Shown piece after piece: positions 16,144 to 32,000 of a DNA stretch of 32,000 nucleotides (the first letter of the stretch is position 1; every line of letters starts with the position of its first letter). Source of the stretch: Alkalilimnicola ehrlichii MLHE-1 (lineage in GTDB: Bacteria; Pseudomonadota; Gammaproteobacteria; Nitrococcales; Halorhodospiraceae); NCBI RefSeq assembly GCF_000014785.1, contig NC_008340.1, forward strand, positions 3,240,001 through 3,272,000, in the 5' to 3' direction. Position numbers and translations under genes: made by a program. The notes beneath the pieces were generated by a model. The model made no database searches. It saw nothing but the letters and a program-made list of their open reading frames with translations, and was not told where the DNA came from.

Positions 16144-17976
16144 CTATTCCACCGTAACCGATTTGGCGAGGTTACGGGGTTGATCGACATCAGTGCCCCG
16201 CAACACCGCCACATGATACGCCAGGAGCTGAAGGGGGACGGTAAAGACCACCGGCGCGATCAGCGGATGGCAGTGGGGCACCGCCAGGACGCGGGTGTCG
16301 TCGTCCTCCGCGTAGCGCACGTCGCTGTCGGCAAACACCATCAAGGTCCCGCCGCGGGCGCGTACCTCCTGCAGATTGGACTTCAGTTTCTCCACCAGGT
16401 CGTCGCGGGGGGCGATGGCCACCACCGGCATCTCGGCGTCCACCAGGGCCAGCGGGCCATGCTTCAGCTCCCCCGCCGGGTAGGCCTCGGCGTGGATGTA
16501 GGAGATCTCCTTGAGCTTGAGCGCACCCTCGAGCGCCACCGGGTAGTGTAGCCCCCGCCCCAGAAACAGCGCGTGCTGGCGCTCTACCAACAGCTCGGCC
16601 AGGCGGGCAACGGGGCCGTCCAGCTCCAGGGCCTGCTCCAGGGCACTGGGGAGGCTGCGCAGGGCGTTGACCATATCGGCAGCATCGTCGGCGTTCAGTT
16701 GTTGATGGCGACCGAGGGCGATCACCAGCAGGAGCAGGGCCACCAACTGGGTGGTAAAGGCCTTGGTGGACGCCACCCCGATCTCCGGGCCGGCGCGGGT
16801 CATCAGCACCAGGTCGGACTCCCGGACCAGCGAGCTCTCCGGCACGTTACAGATGGCCATGGTCGCCAGGTAGCCAAGGGTGCGCGCCTCGCGCAGGGCG
16901 GCCAGGGTATCGGCGGTCTCCCCCGACTGGGAGATGGCGACGAAGAGTGTCCCCGGCGCCACCACATGGCGGCGGTAGCGGTACTCACTGGCCACCTCCA
17001 CGTCACAGGGCAGTCCGGCGTGCTCCTCGAACCAGTAACGGGCCACCAGCCCCGCATGGTAGCTGGTGCCGCAGGCGATAATCTGAACCCGCTGCACCTG
17101 CGGGAAGAGCGTCGCGGCCCGCGGGCCAAAGCTGGCCTCCAACACCTCATGGTCGGCCAACCGCCCTTCCAGGGTTTCCGCCACCACCGCCGGCTGCTGG
17201 TGGATCTCTTTCAACATGAAGTGGCGGTAACCCCCGCGCTCGGCGGCATCGGCGCTGAGTTCCGATTGCCGCACCGGGCGGTCCACCACACGGCGGTGCT
17301 CATCGTAGATGACGAGGCTGTCGCGGCGCAGGTCGGCGACATCGCCCTCTTCCAGGAAGATGAACTGGCGCGTTACCGGCAGCAGGGCCTGGACATCGGA
17401 GGCGATGAAGTGCTCGCCGATCCCGATCCCGATCACCAGCGGGCTACCGCGACGCGCCGCGACCAGACGGCCGGGTTCGTCCCGGCAGATCACGCCCAGG
17501 GCGTAGGCGCCATCGAGCAGCGAAAGGGTGTCGAACACCGCTGCCAGGAGATCGCCCCGGGCGCCGATCTGCTGGTCGATCTGCTTCACCACCACCTCGG
17601 TATCGGTCTCCGATTCGAACCGGTGGCCGGCCTGTTCCAGCGCCTGACGCAAGGGCTCGTGGTTCTCGATAATGCCGTTATGCACCAGGGCTAGGCGCTC
17701 GCCGGACATGTGGGGGTGGGCATTGCGATCCGACGGCGCGCCGTGGGTGGCCCAACGGGTGTGGGCCAGCCCGGTGGGACCGGCCAGCGGGCGCTCGGCC
17801 AGCCGTTCGGCGAGGCTCGCCACCTTGCCCAGGGCCCGCTCCCGCTCGATATAGCCCTCCCGGTCCTGGACCGCCAGGCCGGCGGAGTCGTAGCCCCGGT
17901 ACTCCAGGCGTCTCAGCCCCTCCAGCAGGATGGGGGCCACATCACGTTGGGCGACAGCGCCGACAATGCCACACAT
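16144..17976 (-). CDS. glmS: glutamine--fructose-6-phosphate aminotransferase
   Basis: 610 aa. MCGIVGAV Ntn-amidotransferase N-terminus, two SIS domains, C-terminal ...NLAKSVTVE. Confidence 0.97.
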   Translation of the reverse strand: MCGIVGAVAQRDVAPILLEGLRRLEYRGYDSAGLAVQDREGYIERERALGKVASLAERLAERPLAGPTGLAHTRWATHGAPSDRNAHPHMSGERLALVHNGIIENHEPLRQALEQAGHRFESETDTEVVVKQIDQQIGARGDLLAAVFDTLSLLDGAYALGVICRDEPGRLVAARRGSPLVIGIGIGEHFIASDVQALLPVTRQFIFLEEGDVADLRRDSLVIYDEHRRVVDRPVRQSELSADAAERGGYRHFMLKEIHQQPAVVAETLEGRLADHEVLEASFGPRAATLFPQVQRVQIIACGTSYHAGLVARYWFEEHAGLPCDVEVASEYRYRRHVVAPGTLFVAISQSGETADTLAALREARTLGYLATMAICNVPESSLVRESDLVLMTRAGPEIGVASTKAFTTQLVALLLLVIALGRHQQLNADDAADMVNALRSLPSALEQALELDGPVARLAELLVERQHALFLGRGLHYPVALEGALKLKEISYIHAEAYPAGELKHGPLALVDAEMPVVAIAPRDDLVEKLKSNLQEVRARGGTLMVFADSDVRYAEDDDTRVLAVPHCHPLIAPVVFTVPLQLLAYHVAVLRGTDVDQPRNLAKSVTVE

Positions 17977-18029
17977 GGTGATCTCCGGTACGGACAGCTA
18001 ACAGGGCGTTCACAACGGGGCGGGGCCGT

Positions 18030-18065
18030 GGAACCGGCGCCCGGAGCGCTCCGGGCGCCGGTTCC
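18030..18065 (-). terminator. perfect 16-bp hairpin downstream of the usp gene (no U-tract)
   Basis: GGAACCGGCGCCCGGA-GCGC-TCCGGGCGCCGGTTCC, 25 nt after the usp TGA (18091) and 54 nt before the glmS ATG. Confidence 0.4.
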
Positions 18066-18090
18066 GGGCGGACCGGGACAGGGCCCGGGC

Positions 18091-18921
18091 TCAGCGCGTC
18101 CAGAGCGGTGCGTTGCCCGGAACCACCAGCACGGAACTGGCGACGTTACGGCAAATCTCCTGGGCCGTATCACCCAGCATGAGCTCTTTGTGGGGGGCGT
18201 TGCCGCGCTTGCCGATCACCACCAGGCTGGCATGCTCCTCGCGGGCAACGCGGCTGATGACCCGGGCGGGGTCACCCTCTTCGGTCCGCACCGCCACGTC
18301 CGCGCCCTTGGCCCGAGCCTGGTCGGCCAACGACCGGAGACGATCGGCGGCGTCCGCCGGCGCCTCCTCCTCGCTGACCTGAAGCAGGGTGAGCTTGCGG
18401 TTGCCGGGACCACCGGCCAGCTCCAGGGCGTGGGTCTCCGCCCCTTCGGCGCGCTTGGAGCCGTCGGTGGCCAACAGGATATGGGAGAACAGGTCGCTGA
18501 TCGGGGTGTCGTCCTTTGGATCCAGGCGCTCGATAAGCGTCGGGATGGAGGTGCGGCGGACCAGCTCCAGCACCGTGCTGCCGTGGAAGAACTCGCGCCA
18601 CAGGCCCTCGCCGCGGGAGGCCAGCAGGATCAGGTTGGCCTTGGCCCCCATGGCCACCTTGACCAGCTCCTGAGCCGGGTGACCCACCGGCGACTCGATA
18701 TGGACCCGGAAGCCTTCCTTCTCCAGGTCCTCCTGCTTTTGTTTCAGCCGGCGCCGGGCCTCGGCCTTGTGCTCGTCGCTGAGCTCCTTGGGCTCATCCA
18801 CCCGCAGGACGTCCACCAGGGTGAACTCCTTGGCGCCCATTTCCCGCAGCTCGGAGAGGCTGTCGAGCAGGGGCTTATAGGAGGACGAAAAATGAACGGC
18901 GACGACGGTATGCTCAAACAT
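18091..18921 (-). CDS. tandem-domain universal stress protein (UspA family)
   Basis: Two USP-like halves, each ending in a G-x2-G-x9-GS/GD-type segment (SRGEGLWREFFHGSTVLELV and GKRGNAPHKELMLGDTAQEI). RBS GGAGAG. Confidence 0.8.
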   Translation of the reverse strand: MFEHTVVAVHFSSSYKPLLDSLSELREMGAKEFTLVDVLRVDEPKELSDEHKAEARRRLKQKQEDLEKEGFRVHIESPVGHPAQELVKVAMGAKANLILLASRGEGLWREFFHGSTVLELVRRTSIPTLIERLDPKDDTPISDLFSHILLATDGSKRAEGAETHALELAGGPGNRKLTLLQVSEEEAPADAADRLRSLADQARAKGADVAVRTEEGDPARVISRVAREEHASLVVIGKRGNAPHKELMLGDTAQEICRNVASSVLVVPGNAPLWTR

Positions 18922-18996
18922 GCGGACTCTCCTTCAAGGCTGTCACGGTGTTGCCACCGGCTCTGTCATTATCTTTGACGGTGGTCACGGCGGGCG

Positions 18997-20388
18997 TCAA
19001 GCGTCACTCCCCTCGCCCCGGTCGGGGCGCTGTCCGGGGCGGCGCCAGCCGTGGATACTCCGCTGAGCGCTACGGGCCACGGTCAGGGCCTCGTCCGGCG
19101 CATCCCGGGTGACCGTCGAGCCGGCCCCGATGGTGGCGCCCCGCCCGACCCGCACCGGCGCGACCAGCTGGGTGCCCGACCCGATAAAGGCGCCATCGCC
19201 GATCTCTGTGCGGTGCTTGCTATGACCGTCGTAGTTGCAGGTAATGGTGCCCGCACCCACGTTCACGTCCCGACCCAGCTCCGCGTCGCCCATATAGCTC
19301 AGGTGGTTCACCTTGCTGCCTGGCCCGATTCGCGCGGCCTTGGTCTCGACAAAGTTGCCCACCTTGGCGCCATCGGCCAGGTCCGTCCCGGGACGCAGGC
19401 GAGCAAAGGGCCCGATCCGGCAGTTTCGGCCTGCCGTGGCGCCGTCCAGTACGGAGTGGGCCTCGACGCGGGTGCCGTCACCCAGGGCGACGTCTCTCAG
19501 GACGCAATGGGGTCCGATCTCAACCCCGGCCCCCAGTTCGACCCGACCTTCGAGAACGACCCCAACGTCGATCCGGCAGTCCTCGCCGGCGGCGAAATGA
19601 CCCCGCAGGTCGAATCGGTCTGGGTCCAGTATAGTCACGCCGGCACGCATCCAGTCTTCGGCCTGCCGCCGTTGCCAGACCCGCTCCGCGGCCGCGAGCT
19701 GGACGCGGTCGTTGACTCCCTGCACCTCCGCCGGATCCGCCACCGGGTAAGCGGCCACCCTGACCCCGTCGGCCACCGCCATGGCGATTACGTCGGTCAG
19801 GTAGTACTCCGCCTGGGCGTTGTCATTGTCCAGCCGCTGCAGCCAGGCCTTCAATCGGCCGGCCGGGGCAGCCAGCAGGCCAGTGTTGCATTCCGTGACC
19901 CGGCGCTGGGCGGCGGTAGCGTCCTTGTGCTCCACCACGCCGGTGACCGCGCCGTGGCCGTCGCGCAGCACGCGGCCGTAACCGGTTGGATCCGGGAAAT
20001 CCACGCTGAGCAGCCCGAGACCACCGTCGGCCTCGGCGAGCAGCGCCTGCAGGGTCTCGGGCCGAACCAGCGGCACATCCCCGTAAAGCACCAGGACCTG
20101 ATGGTCGTCTGGAATCGCCGGGATCGCCTGCTCGACGGCATGACCGGTCCCCAACTGCGGCTCCTGCACCACCCAGCGCACGGGCCAGTCGGCGTGGGCG
20201 GCCTGTACCGCCTCGGCACCGTGCCCATGCACCACGTGCACGGCTTCGGGCTCCAGGGAGAAGGCGGTACGCAGGACATGGTCGAGCATGGGTCGCCCCC
20301 CCACCGGGTGGAGGAGCTTGGGGTAACGGGAGCGCATGCGGGTACCCTTACCCGCAGCCAATACGACAATACTCAGGGCCTGTTCCAT
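18997..20388 (-). CDS. glmU: bifunctional UDP-N-acetylglucosamine pyrophosphorylase / glucosamine-1-phosphate N-acetyltransferase
   Basis: LAAGKGTRM motif and C-terminal left-handed beta-helix hexapeptide repeats. ATG at 20388 (MEQALSIVVLAAGKG); the alternative TTG at 20397 is used by the track. Confidence 0.93.
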   Translation of the reverse strand: MEQALSIVVLAAGKGTRMRSRYPKLLHPVGGRPMLDHVLRTAFSLEPEAVHVVHGHGAEAVQAAHADWPVRWVVQEPQLGTGHAVEQAIPAIPDDHQVLVLYGDVPLVRPETLQALLAEADGGLGLLSVDFPDPTGYGRVLRDGHGAVTGVVEHKDATAAQRRVTECNTGLLAAPAGRLKAWLQRLDNDNAQAEYYLTDVIAMAVADGVRVAAYPVADPAEVQGVNDRVQLAAAERVWQRRQAEDWMRAGVTILDPDRFDLRGHFAAGEDCRIDVGVVLEGRVELGAGVEIGPHCVLRDVALGDGTRVEAHSVLDGATAGRNCRIGPFARLRPGTDLADGAKVGNFVETKAARIGPGSKVNHLSYMGDAELGRDVNVGAGTITCNYDGHSKHRTEIGDGAFIGSGTQLVAPVRVGRGATIGAGSTVTRDAPDEALTVARSAQRSIHGWRRPGQRPDRGEGSDA

Positions 20389-20410
20389 GGTTCTCAACGT
20401 TCGGGCCTCG

Positions 20411-20442
20411 GATACAGAAAGCCCCGGCGACAGGCCGGGGCT
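20411..20442 (-). terminator. intrinsic terminator of the atp operon
   Basis: Minus-strand RNA is AGCCCCGGC-CUGUC-GCCGGGGCU (20420-20442) followed by UUCUGUAUC; 26 nt after the atpC TAA. Confidence 0.6.
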
Positions 20443-20467
20443 CGGTTAGCGCGAGGCGGGCAATCCC

Positions 20468-20890
20468 TTACCGCTTGGCGCGACGACGCAGCCGCTCCAG
20501 GGTCTGGAGCTGCGCCATGGCCTCAGCCAGCTCCGCCTGGACATGGCTGTAGTCCTCGCCCGCCTTGCGGTTGGCCAGGGCCTCTTCCGCCCGCCGCTTG
20601 GCCTCCTGGGCCGCGGCCTCGTCCAGGTCGCGGGCCCGGGCCGCGGTGTCGGCCAACACCGTGACCTTGTGCGGCTGGACCTCGATGATGCCGCCGGAGA
20701 CGTAGAAGAAGCGCTCTTCGCCGTTCTCGTCCTGGACCCGCACCTCGCCCGGCCGCAGCTTGGTCAGCAGCGGGGCGTGGCGGGGGGTGATGCCGATATC
20801 ACCCTCCCGTGCGGGCGCCACCAGCATCTTGGCCTCGCCGGAGTGGATCGCCTGCTCCGCGCTGACGATGTCCACGTGCAATGTACTCAT
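20468..20890 (-). CDS. atpC: F0F1 ATP synthase subunit epsilon
   Basis: 140 aa, in the position after atpD; typical N-terminal beta-sandwich plus C-terminal helical hairpin sequence. Confidence 0.93.
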   Translation of the reverse strand: MSTLHVDIVSAEQAIHSGEAKMLVAPAREGDIGITPRHAPLLTKLRPGEVRVQDENGEERFFYVSGGIIEVQPHKVTVLADTAARARDLDEAAAQEAKRRAEEALANRKAGEDYSHVQAELAEAMAQLQTLERLRRRAKR

Positions 20891-20917
20891 GGGCGGTACC
20901 CCGCTAACGCCGGTGGA

Positions 20918-22318
<1,401 letters not shown>

Positions 22319-22384
22319 TCACCAGCGACTGCGCGTTGGCAACCCTGGGTCTGTATTGCTAAGAAACCTGTTTACACCTGGTGG

Positions 22385-23248
22385 TTACACCGCGTTCGCG
22401 CCGGCCACGATCTCGGACAGCTCCTGGGTAATCGCCGCCTGGCGGGCCTTGTTGTAGACCAGCTGGAGGTTATCGATGATCTCGCCGGCGTTGTCAGTGG
22501 CGCTCTTCATGGCGACCATGCGAGCGGCCATCTCACAGGCGACGTTCTCGACCACCCCCTGGTAGACCTGCGACTCGATGTAGCGCATCAGCACATCGTC
22601 CAGGAGCTCGCTGGCACTGGGCTCATAGATGTAGTCCCAGTTCTCGAGCATCTCTTCCTCGTCCACCGGCTCCACCGGGAGCAGGCGGCGGGTCGCCGCC
22701 TCCTGGCTCATGGTGTTGACGAAGTCGTTGTGCACCAGATAGAGACGGTCGATCTTGCCCTCGGTATAGGCATCCAGCATCACCTTGATCGGGCCGATCA
22801 TGTCCTCCAGGTGCGGCGTGTCACCGAGGCCGCGTGTATCGGCCAGGGTGGACGCGCCCAGGCGCCCGAAGAAGGCGGCGGCCTTCGCGCCAAAGGTGCA
22901 GAAGTCCACGCCAACGCCCTGCTTGTCCCACTCCCGCATCTGCTGCAGCACCGACTTGAACAGGTTGACGTTCAGGCCACCGCACAGACCGCGATCCGTG
23001 GAGATAACGACCAGCCCCACCCGTTCCACCTTCTCCCGCTCCTCCAGGAACGGGTGCCGATAGTCCGGATTGGCGCCGGCCAGATGGCCGATCACCTGGC
23101 GCATCTTCTGGGCGTAGGGGCGCGTGGCCTCCATGCGCTCCTGGGCACGGCGCATCTTCGACGCCGCGACCATCTCCATGGCCTTGGTGATCTTCTGAGT
23201 GTTCTGGACACTCTTGATTTTGGTGCGTACTTCTTTTGCGCCGGACAT
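22385..23248 (-). CDS. atpG: F0F1 ATP synthase subunit gamma
   Basis: 287 aa, [34 protein letters not shown]-terminus, C-terminal [12 protein letters not shown]. Confidence 0.97.
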   Translation of the reverse strand: MSGAKEVRTKIKSVQNTQKITKAMEMVAASKMRRAQERMEATRPYAQKMRQVIGHLAGANPDYRHPFLEEREKVERVGLVVISTDRGLCGGLNVNLFKSVLQQMREWDKQGVGVDFCTFGAKAAAFFGRLGASTLADTRGLGDTPHLEDMIGPIKVMLDAYTEGKIDRLYLVHNDFVNTMSQEAATRRLLPVEPVDEEEMLENWDYIYEPSASELLDDVLMRYIESQVYQGVVENVACEMAARMVAMKSATDNAGEIIDNLQLVYNKARQAAITQELSEIVAGANAV

Positions 23249-23278
23249 GCGCTCACCTACTCGGGCTGTCGGTGGAGA

Positions 23279-24820
<1,542 letters not shown>

Positions 24821-24832
24821 CTTGCTACCTCG

Positions 24833-25372
24833 TCAATGAGCCATCGCGCTGGAAAGGCGAGCGAGTTTGCCGCGAACGGAACCATCGATGGTGAGGTCCC
24901 CGGCCTGGATCAGCGCGCCGCCGATCAGGGCCTCGTCAGTGCGGCAATGGAGACGGACCTTGCGGCCCAGCCGCTTCTTCAGCGCGCCCGCGATCTGGTC
25001 CTGCTGCTCCTTGGTGAGTTTGCTGGCGGATGTCACCTGGACGTCCACCACACCCTCGGCCTCTGCGCGCAGGTGTTCGTATAGCGCGGCGATTTCCGGA
25101 AGCAGGCCAAGCCGACCATTATCGGCCAGCAACTGGACCAGGTTCTTGCCCTCTTGGCCCAGGGTGTCCTCACCAACCGCGTCCAGGAGCAGACCGATGA
25201 GCTGTTCGCGGGAGACCCGCGGGTTGCCCACCAGCGCTGCCACTTGATCGTCGGCGGCGACCGTGCCCAGTGCCTGGAGGCGCTTGGACCAGGTGTTACG
25301 GGTCTTGGCGTCCTTGGTCAGTTCGAAAACCGCCTTGGCGTAAGGTCTTGCCAGTGTGGTCTGCTCGGCCAT
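24833..25372 (-). CDS. atpH: F0F1 ATP synthase subunit delta
   Basis: 179 aa, [18 protein letters not shown]-terminus, operon position. Confidence 0.93.
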   Translation of the reverse strand: MAEQTTLARPYAKAVFELTKDAKTRNTWSKRLQALGTVAADDQVAALVGNPRVSREQLIGLLLDAVGEDTLGQEGKNLVQLLADNGRLGLLPEIAALYEHLRAEAEGVVDVQVTSASKLTKEQQDQIAGALKKRLGRKVRLHCRTDEALIGGALIQAGDLTIDGSVRGKLARLSSAMAH

Positions 25373-25384
25373 GCTGACTCCGCT

Positions 25385-25855
25385 TTAAAGCTGCTTCACC
25401 AGATCGTCGATGAGGTCCTTGTGGGCCTTGGCGTCGATCTCGCGCTTGAGGATCCGGCTACTGCCAGCCACGGCCAGGTTCACCACTTCCTTGCGCAGGG
25501 CGTCGCGGGCCTGGGAGATCTCGGTATCGATCTCGCTGCGCGCCTGGGCCAGCACCCGTTCCGCCTCCTGACGGGCCTCCTCACGGGCCTGCTCGACCAG
25601 TTCACTCTGGCGCTTGTTCGCCTGAGCGATGACCTGGCTGGCCTGCTCGCGGGCCTCCCGGAGCATCTTGTCGACCTCGGACTTGGCCTGGTCGAGCTCC
25701 TTCTGGCCGCGCTCGCCGGCCGCAAGCCCATCAGCGATCTGCTTCTGGCGGTCGGCCATGGCCGTCTGGATCGGCGGCCAAACGTATTTCATCGTGAACC
25801 AGACGAACAGTGCGAAACTGATCATCGGGCCCCAGAAAGTGGCACCAAAGTTCAC
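25385..25855 (-). CDS. atpF: F0F1 ATP synthase subunit b
   Basis: 156 aa with a single N-terminal TM (KYVWPP motif) and a long charged helix. GTG start preceded by GGAGGAGG. Confidence 0.93.
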   Translation of the reverse strand: MNFGATFWGPMISFALFVWFTMKYVWPPIQTAMADRQKQIADGLAAGERGQKELDQAKSEVDKMLREAREQASQVIAQANKRQSELVEQAREEARQEAERVLAQARSEIDTEISQARDALRKEVVNLAVAGSSRILKREIDAKAHKDLIDDLVKQL

Positions 25856-25906
25856 GCTGTCACCTCCTCCGTTTTGGGCGTCAGAAGCAGGGTTGCAGGG
25901 GCTGAA

Positions 25907-26227
<321 letters not shown>

Positions 26228-26301
26228 TTAAAGGTTGTCTTTGGGCGCCCCGCGGGACTCAGGACGGTACGCCCCTGACTCGGTTAATCGAGGCCGCGGC
26301 C

Positions 26302-27506
<1,205 letters not shown>

Positions 27507-27563
27507 GGGACCGTACCCGCCGATTCGTATTCTGGATGCAGGCCAGTGTTGCCAGGTCGGCGG

Positions 27564-27592
27564 AGTATATCGGTGCTGCCCCCCTCGGTCAA
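27564..27592 (-). promoter_or_regulatory. candidate sigma70 promoter of the atp operon (TTGACC-17-TATACT)
   Basis: Minus strand: TTGACC (27592-27587), 17-nt spacer, TATACT (27569-27564); about 58 nt upstream of the atpI ATG. Confidence 0.5.
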
Positions 27593-27658
27593 ACGATGCA
27601 CGGCGCCAAGCGCCGGATTACAGGAATAATTAAAACTAAGGGTATTGTAGCGGCAATT

Positions 27659-28522
27659 TCAGCGGATGCGGTCAAGAATCCCGTCCAACTCATCCAGGCT
27701 GCTGTACTGGATCACCACCTTGCCGCGGCCGCGGACACCCTGCTGAATGCGGACCGGTGCGCCGAGGCGGCGGGTGAGGTCGTCCTGGAGGCGCCGGACG
27801 TCCGGGTCCTCCCGAGGTGGTTCACGGGTCTGATCGGCCTCTTCCTGCAGGCGGCGGACCAGGGCCTCGGTCTGGCGCACCGAAAGCCCGCGCTCGGCCA
27901 CCTGGCCCGCCGCGCGCGTCTGGATATCCCCCTTCAGGGCGGCGAGGGCGCGGGCATGCCCCATCTCCAGTCGGCCCTCGCCAATCAGGGCCTTGACCGG
28001 CTCGTTGAGCTCGAGCAGGCGCAGAAGGTTGGTGACCGCAGCGCGGGAGCGCCCCACCGCCTCCGCGACCGCCTGGTGGGTCAGACCGAATTCGTGGACC
28101 AGGCGCTGCAACGCGGTGGCGGCCTCAAGCGGATTGAGATCCTCACGCTGCAGATTCTCAATGAGGGCCACGGCCACGGCGGCCTCGTCGGGGATGTCGC
28201 GCACGATGGCCGGGACGGTCTCCAGCCCGGCAAGCTGGGCGGCGCGCCAACGCCGCTCGCCGGCGACGATCTCCCAGCGCTGCTCGGCCAGCGGCCGCAC
28301 CACCAGTGGCTGCACCACGCCCTGGGCCTGGATGGAGTCCGCCAGCTCCTGCAGGGCGGCGGGGTCAAAGGCGGTGCGCGGCTGGTAGCGGCCCCGCTCC
28401 AGGCAGTCCAAAGGCAGGTCGCGCAGTTCCGCGCTGGCCCGCCCGGCCTCACCGGCGTCGTCTTCGGGCAATCCCAGCAGGGCATCCAGGCCCCGGCCCA
28501 GCCCTCGTTTCTTGGCACCCAT
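27659..28522 (-). CDS. parB: chromosome partitioning protein ParB
   Basis: 287 aa, ParB box GERRWRAA, HTH region, C-terminal dimerisation segment. Confidence 0.93.
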   Translation of the reverse strand: MGAKKRGLGRGLDALLGLPEDDAGEAGRASAELRDLPLDCLERGRYQPRTAFDPAALQELADSIQAQGVVQPLVVRPLAEQRWEIVAGERRWRAAQLAGLETVPAIVRDIPDEAAVAVALIENLQREDLNPLEAATALQRLVHEFGLTHQAVAEAVGRSRAAVTNLLRLLELNEPVKALIGEGRLEMGHARALAALKGDIQTRAAGQVAERGLSVRQTEALVRRLQEEADQTREPPREDPDVRRLQDDLTRRLGAPVRIQQGVRGRGKVVIQYSSLDELDGILDRIR

Positions 28523-28527
28523 GGTGG

Positions 28528-29361
28528 TTAGTGTCCCGTCCCGGAAGTACGTTGCAGTCCGTCGCCGCCCTGGGCCACGGTGGGCACGGGCCCGGCACTA
28601 CGGTGGCGGCGGACCAGTTCGCTGGCCAGTGCCATATAGGCCAAGGCACCGCGCGAGGAGCGATCATAATGCAAGGCGGGCAGGCCGTGGGAGGGGGCCT
28701 CGGCGAGCCGCACGTTGCGCGGAATCAGGGTCCGGTAGACCTGGTCGTCGAAATGGCTGCGCAACTGCGCCCCCACCTGGTTGGCCAAATTGTTGCGCGG
28801 ATCGAACATGGTGCGGAGCAGGCCGTCGATACTCAGGTCGCGGTTGGCGGAGGCCTGGATCCGGCGGATGGTATCCAGCAGCGCCGTCAGCCCCTCCAGG
28901 GCGTAATACTCGCACTGGATGGGGATGAGCACACCGTCCGCCGCCACCAGCGCATTCACGGTCAGGATGTTTAGTGACGGGGGGCAATCGATCAGGATGT
29001 AATCATACTCCCCGACGACGGCGGCCAGCGCTCGGCGCAGGTACTGCTCGCGTTGCTCGGACTCCATCAGCGCCACTTCGGCGGCGGTCAGGTCGCCGTT
29101 GCCGGGGAGCAGATCAAAGCCGGTCTCCTTCAGCCGCATCCGGCAGTCGGCCAGCGGGCGTTCGCCCAGCAGGGCATCGTAGCCGACGCCGCCCTCGCGG
29201 TTCTTGTCGACACCGCACCCCACCGTGGCGTTGCCCTGGGGATCGAGATCGACCAGGAGGACGCGCTGTTTGTTGGCGGCCAGGGAGGCCGCCAGATTGA
29301 CACAGGTGGTGGTCTTGCCCACCCCGCCCTTCTGGTTGGCTACCGCAATGATGCGTGTCAT
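28528..29361 (-). CDS. parA: chromosome partitioning ATPase ParA/Soj
   Basis: Deviant Walker A NQKGGVGKTTT; 277 aa. Confidence 0.93.
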   Translation of the reverse strand: MTRIIAVANQKGGVGKTTTCVNLAASLAANKQRVLLVDLDPQGNATVGCGVDKNREGGVGYDALLGERPLADCRMRLKETGFDLLPGNGDLTAAEVALMESEQREQYLRRALAAVVGEYDYILIDCPPSLNILTVNALVAADGVLIPIQCEYYALEGLTALLDTIRRIQASANRDLSIDGLLRTMFDPRNNLANQVGAQLRSHFDDQVYRTLIPRNVRLAEAPSHGLPALHYDRSSRGALAYMALASELVRRHRSAGPVPTVAQGGDGLQRTSGTGH

Positions 29362-30020
29362 GGATTCGCTTCCTCAGTGGCTGACACCGCCGGGGCGGTC
29401 CAGGTCAGCAGATGGCGCTGCCCGGCGACGCCGGGGACATCCAGGGCCGTCAGGGTACAGCCGCGCAGGGAGCGCGGCAGCGCCGCCAGTTCCTCTTCGG
29501 GCAGCCGCCCCTTCATCGCCAGCACCCGACCACCGGCCCGGCACAGGCGCAGGGCCTCGGGGACATAGCCGGACAGCGCGGCAAAGGCACGGCTGACCAC
29601 GGTATCGAAGGGTTGGCCAGGCCGGTAATCCGCCAACCGCGCCTGGGCAAACCGCAGCCGGTGGAGGCCGAGCTCCAGGGCCACCTGCCGGGTAAAGCGC
29701 TGCTTCTTGCCATTGCTGTCCAGGAGGGTGACGGTCAGCCCGGGCCGGGCCAGGGCCAGCGGGATACCGGGCAGCCCGGCGCCGCTGCCGACATCCAGCA
29801 GTGAATCGCCCTCAACGTACGGCAGGATGCTCAAGCTGTCCAGCAGGTGGCGGTGCAGCATCTCCCCGGGGTCGCGAATGGCGGAGAGGTTGTAGGCCCG
29901 GTTCCAGCGTTCGAGCAGGCGCAGATAGGTGATCAGCGCCTCGGCGGCACCCTCGGGGAGCGTCAGGCCCAAACGCTCCACACCGGTGTGGAGGGCCGGG
30001 AGCAACGGGTCGCCGGCCAT
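29358..30020 (-). CDS. rsmG: 16S rRNA (guanine527-N7)-methyltransferase RsmG (GidB)
   Basis: SAM motif LLDVGSGAGLPGIPLA. Position between mnmG and parA. The start abuts the mnmG stop (TGAATG). Confidence 0.92.
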   Translation of the reverse strand: MAGDPLLPALHTGVERLGLTLPEGAAEALITYLRLLERWNRAYNLSAIRDPGEMLHRHLLDSLSILPYVEGDSLLDVGSGAGLPGIPLALARPGLTVTLLDSNGKKQRFTRQVALELGLHRLRFAQARLADYRPGQPFDTVVSRAFAALSGYVPEALRLCRAGGRVLAMKGRLPEEELAALPRSLRGCTLTALDVPGVAGQRHLLTWTAPAVSATEEANP

Positions 30021-31910
<1,890 letters not shown>

Positions 31911-32000
31911 GGGAAATCAGGGCGTGGTTGCGGACAGGCTGCAATTATCACGCCGGCGGCTGCTCCGGTTCAACCGCTGTGAACCGGAGGCGTTCTTGTG

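Noticed and set aside
31911-32000. Possible oriC edge or DnaA boxes upstream of mnmG; 8-bp inverted repeat CCGGTTCA-N7-TGAACCGG at 31965..31987; TTATCACGC at 31946..31954.
   Set aside because: Only 90 nt are visible. There is no good match to TTATCCACA, and no AT-rich unwinding element or GATC cluster in view. The region cannot be called from this window.

Overview
This is a visibly GC-rich gammaproteobacterial chromosome segment; Chromatiales/Ectothiorhodospiraceae-like is only a guess from the protein sequences. It is almost entirely core housekeeping genes, and I support 30 CDS. From right to left on the minus strand they are: mnmG-rsmG-parA-parB, atpIBEFHAGDC, glmU, a tandem-USP gene, glmS, oxyR, uvrD; then a small secreted protein and a LOG-family gene (both plus strand); then polA, dsbB and an outer-membrane beta-barrel gene. 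At the left end is a periplasmic redox block: engB, msrQ and msrP on the plus strand, and di-heme cytochrome c peroxidase, cytochrome c4, resB and partial ccsA on the minus strand. I found no tRNA, rRNA, CRISPR array, transposase, integrase, toxin-antitoxin or recognisable defence gene, so I cannot support a claim of a new protein-coding system here. Three things are not explained by the gene map. (1) Two long, perfectly self-complementary palindromic elements (40-bp arms at 11322..11430; 45-bp arms at 14960..15176) share an identical 21-nt core. Both lie immediately upstream of the repair genes polA and uvrD, in the same orientation and at similar spacing, and their arms have diverged between the copies. 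(2) A 298-nt dsbB-OMP spacer folds on the minus strand into a compact multi-hairpin RNA ending in a good intrinsic terminator, with a C/U-rich anti-Shine-Dalgarno-like loop. (3) Several small operator-like palindromes and an unusual glmS-oxyR junction. The many long antisense ORFs in the track are GC-content artefacts. All coordinates come from manual reading; no database search or folding computation was run.
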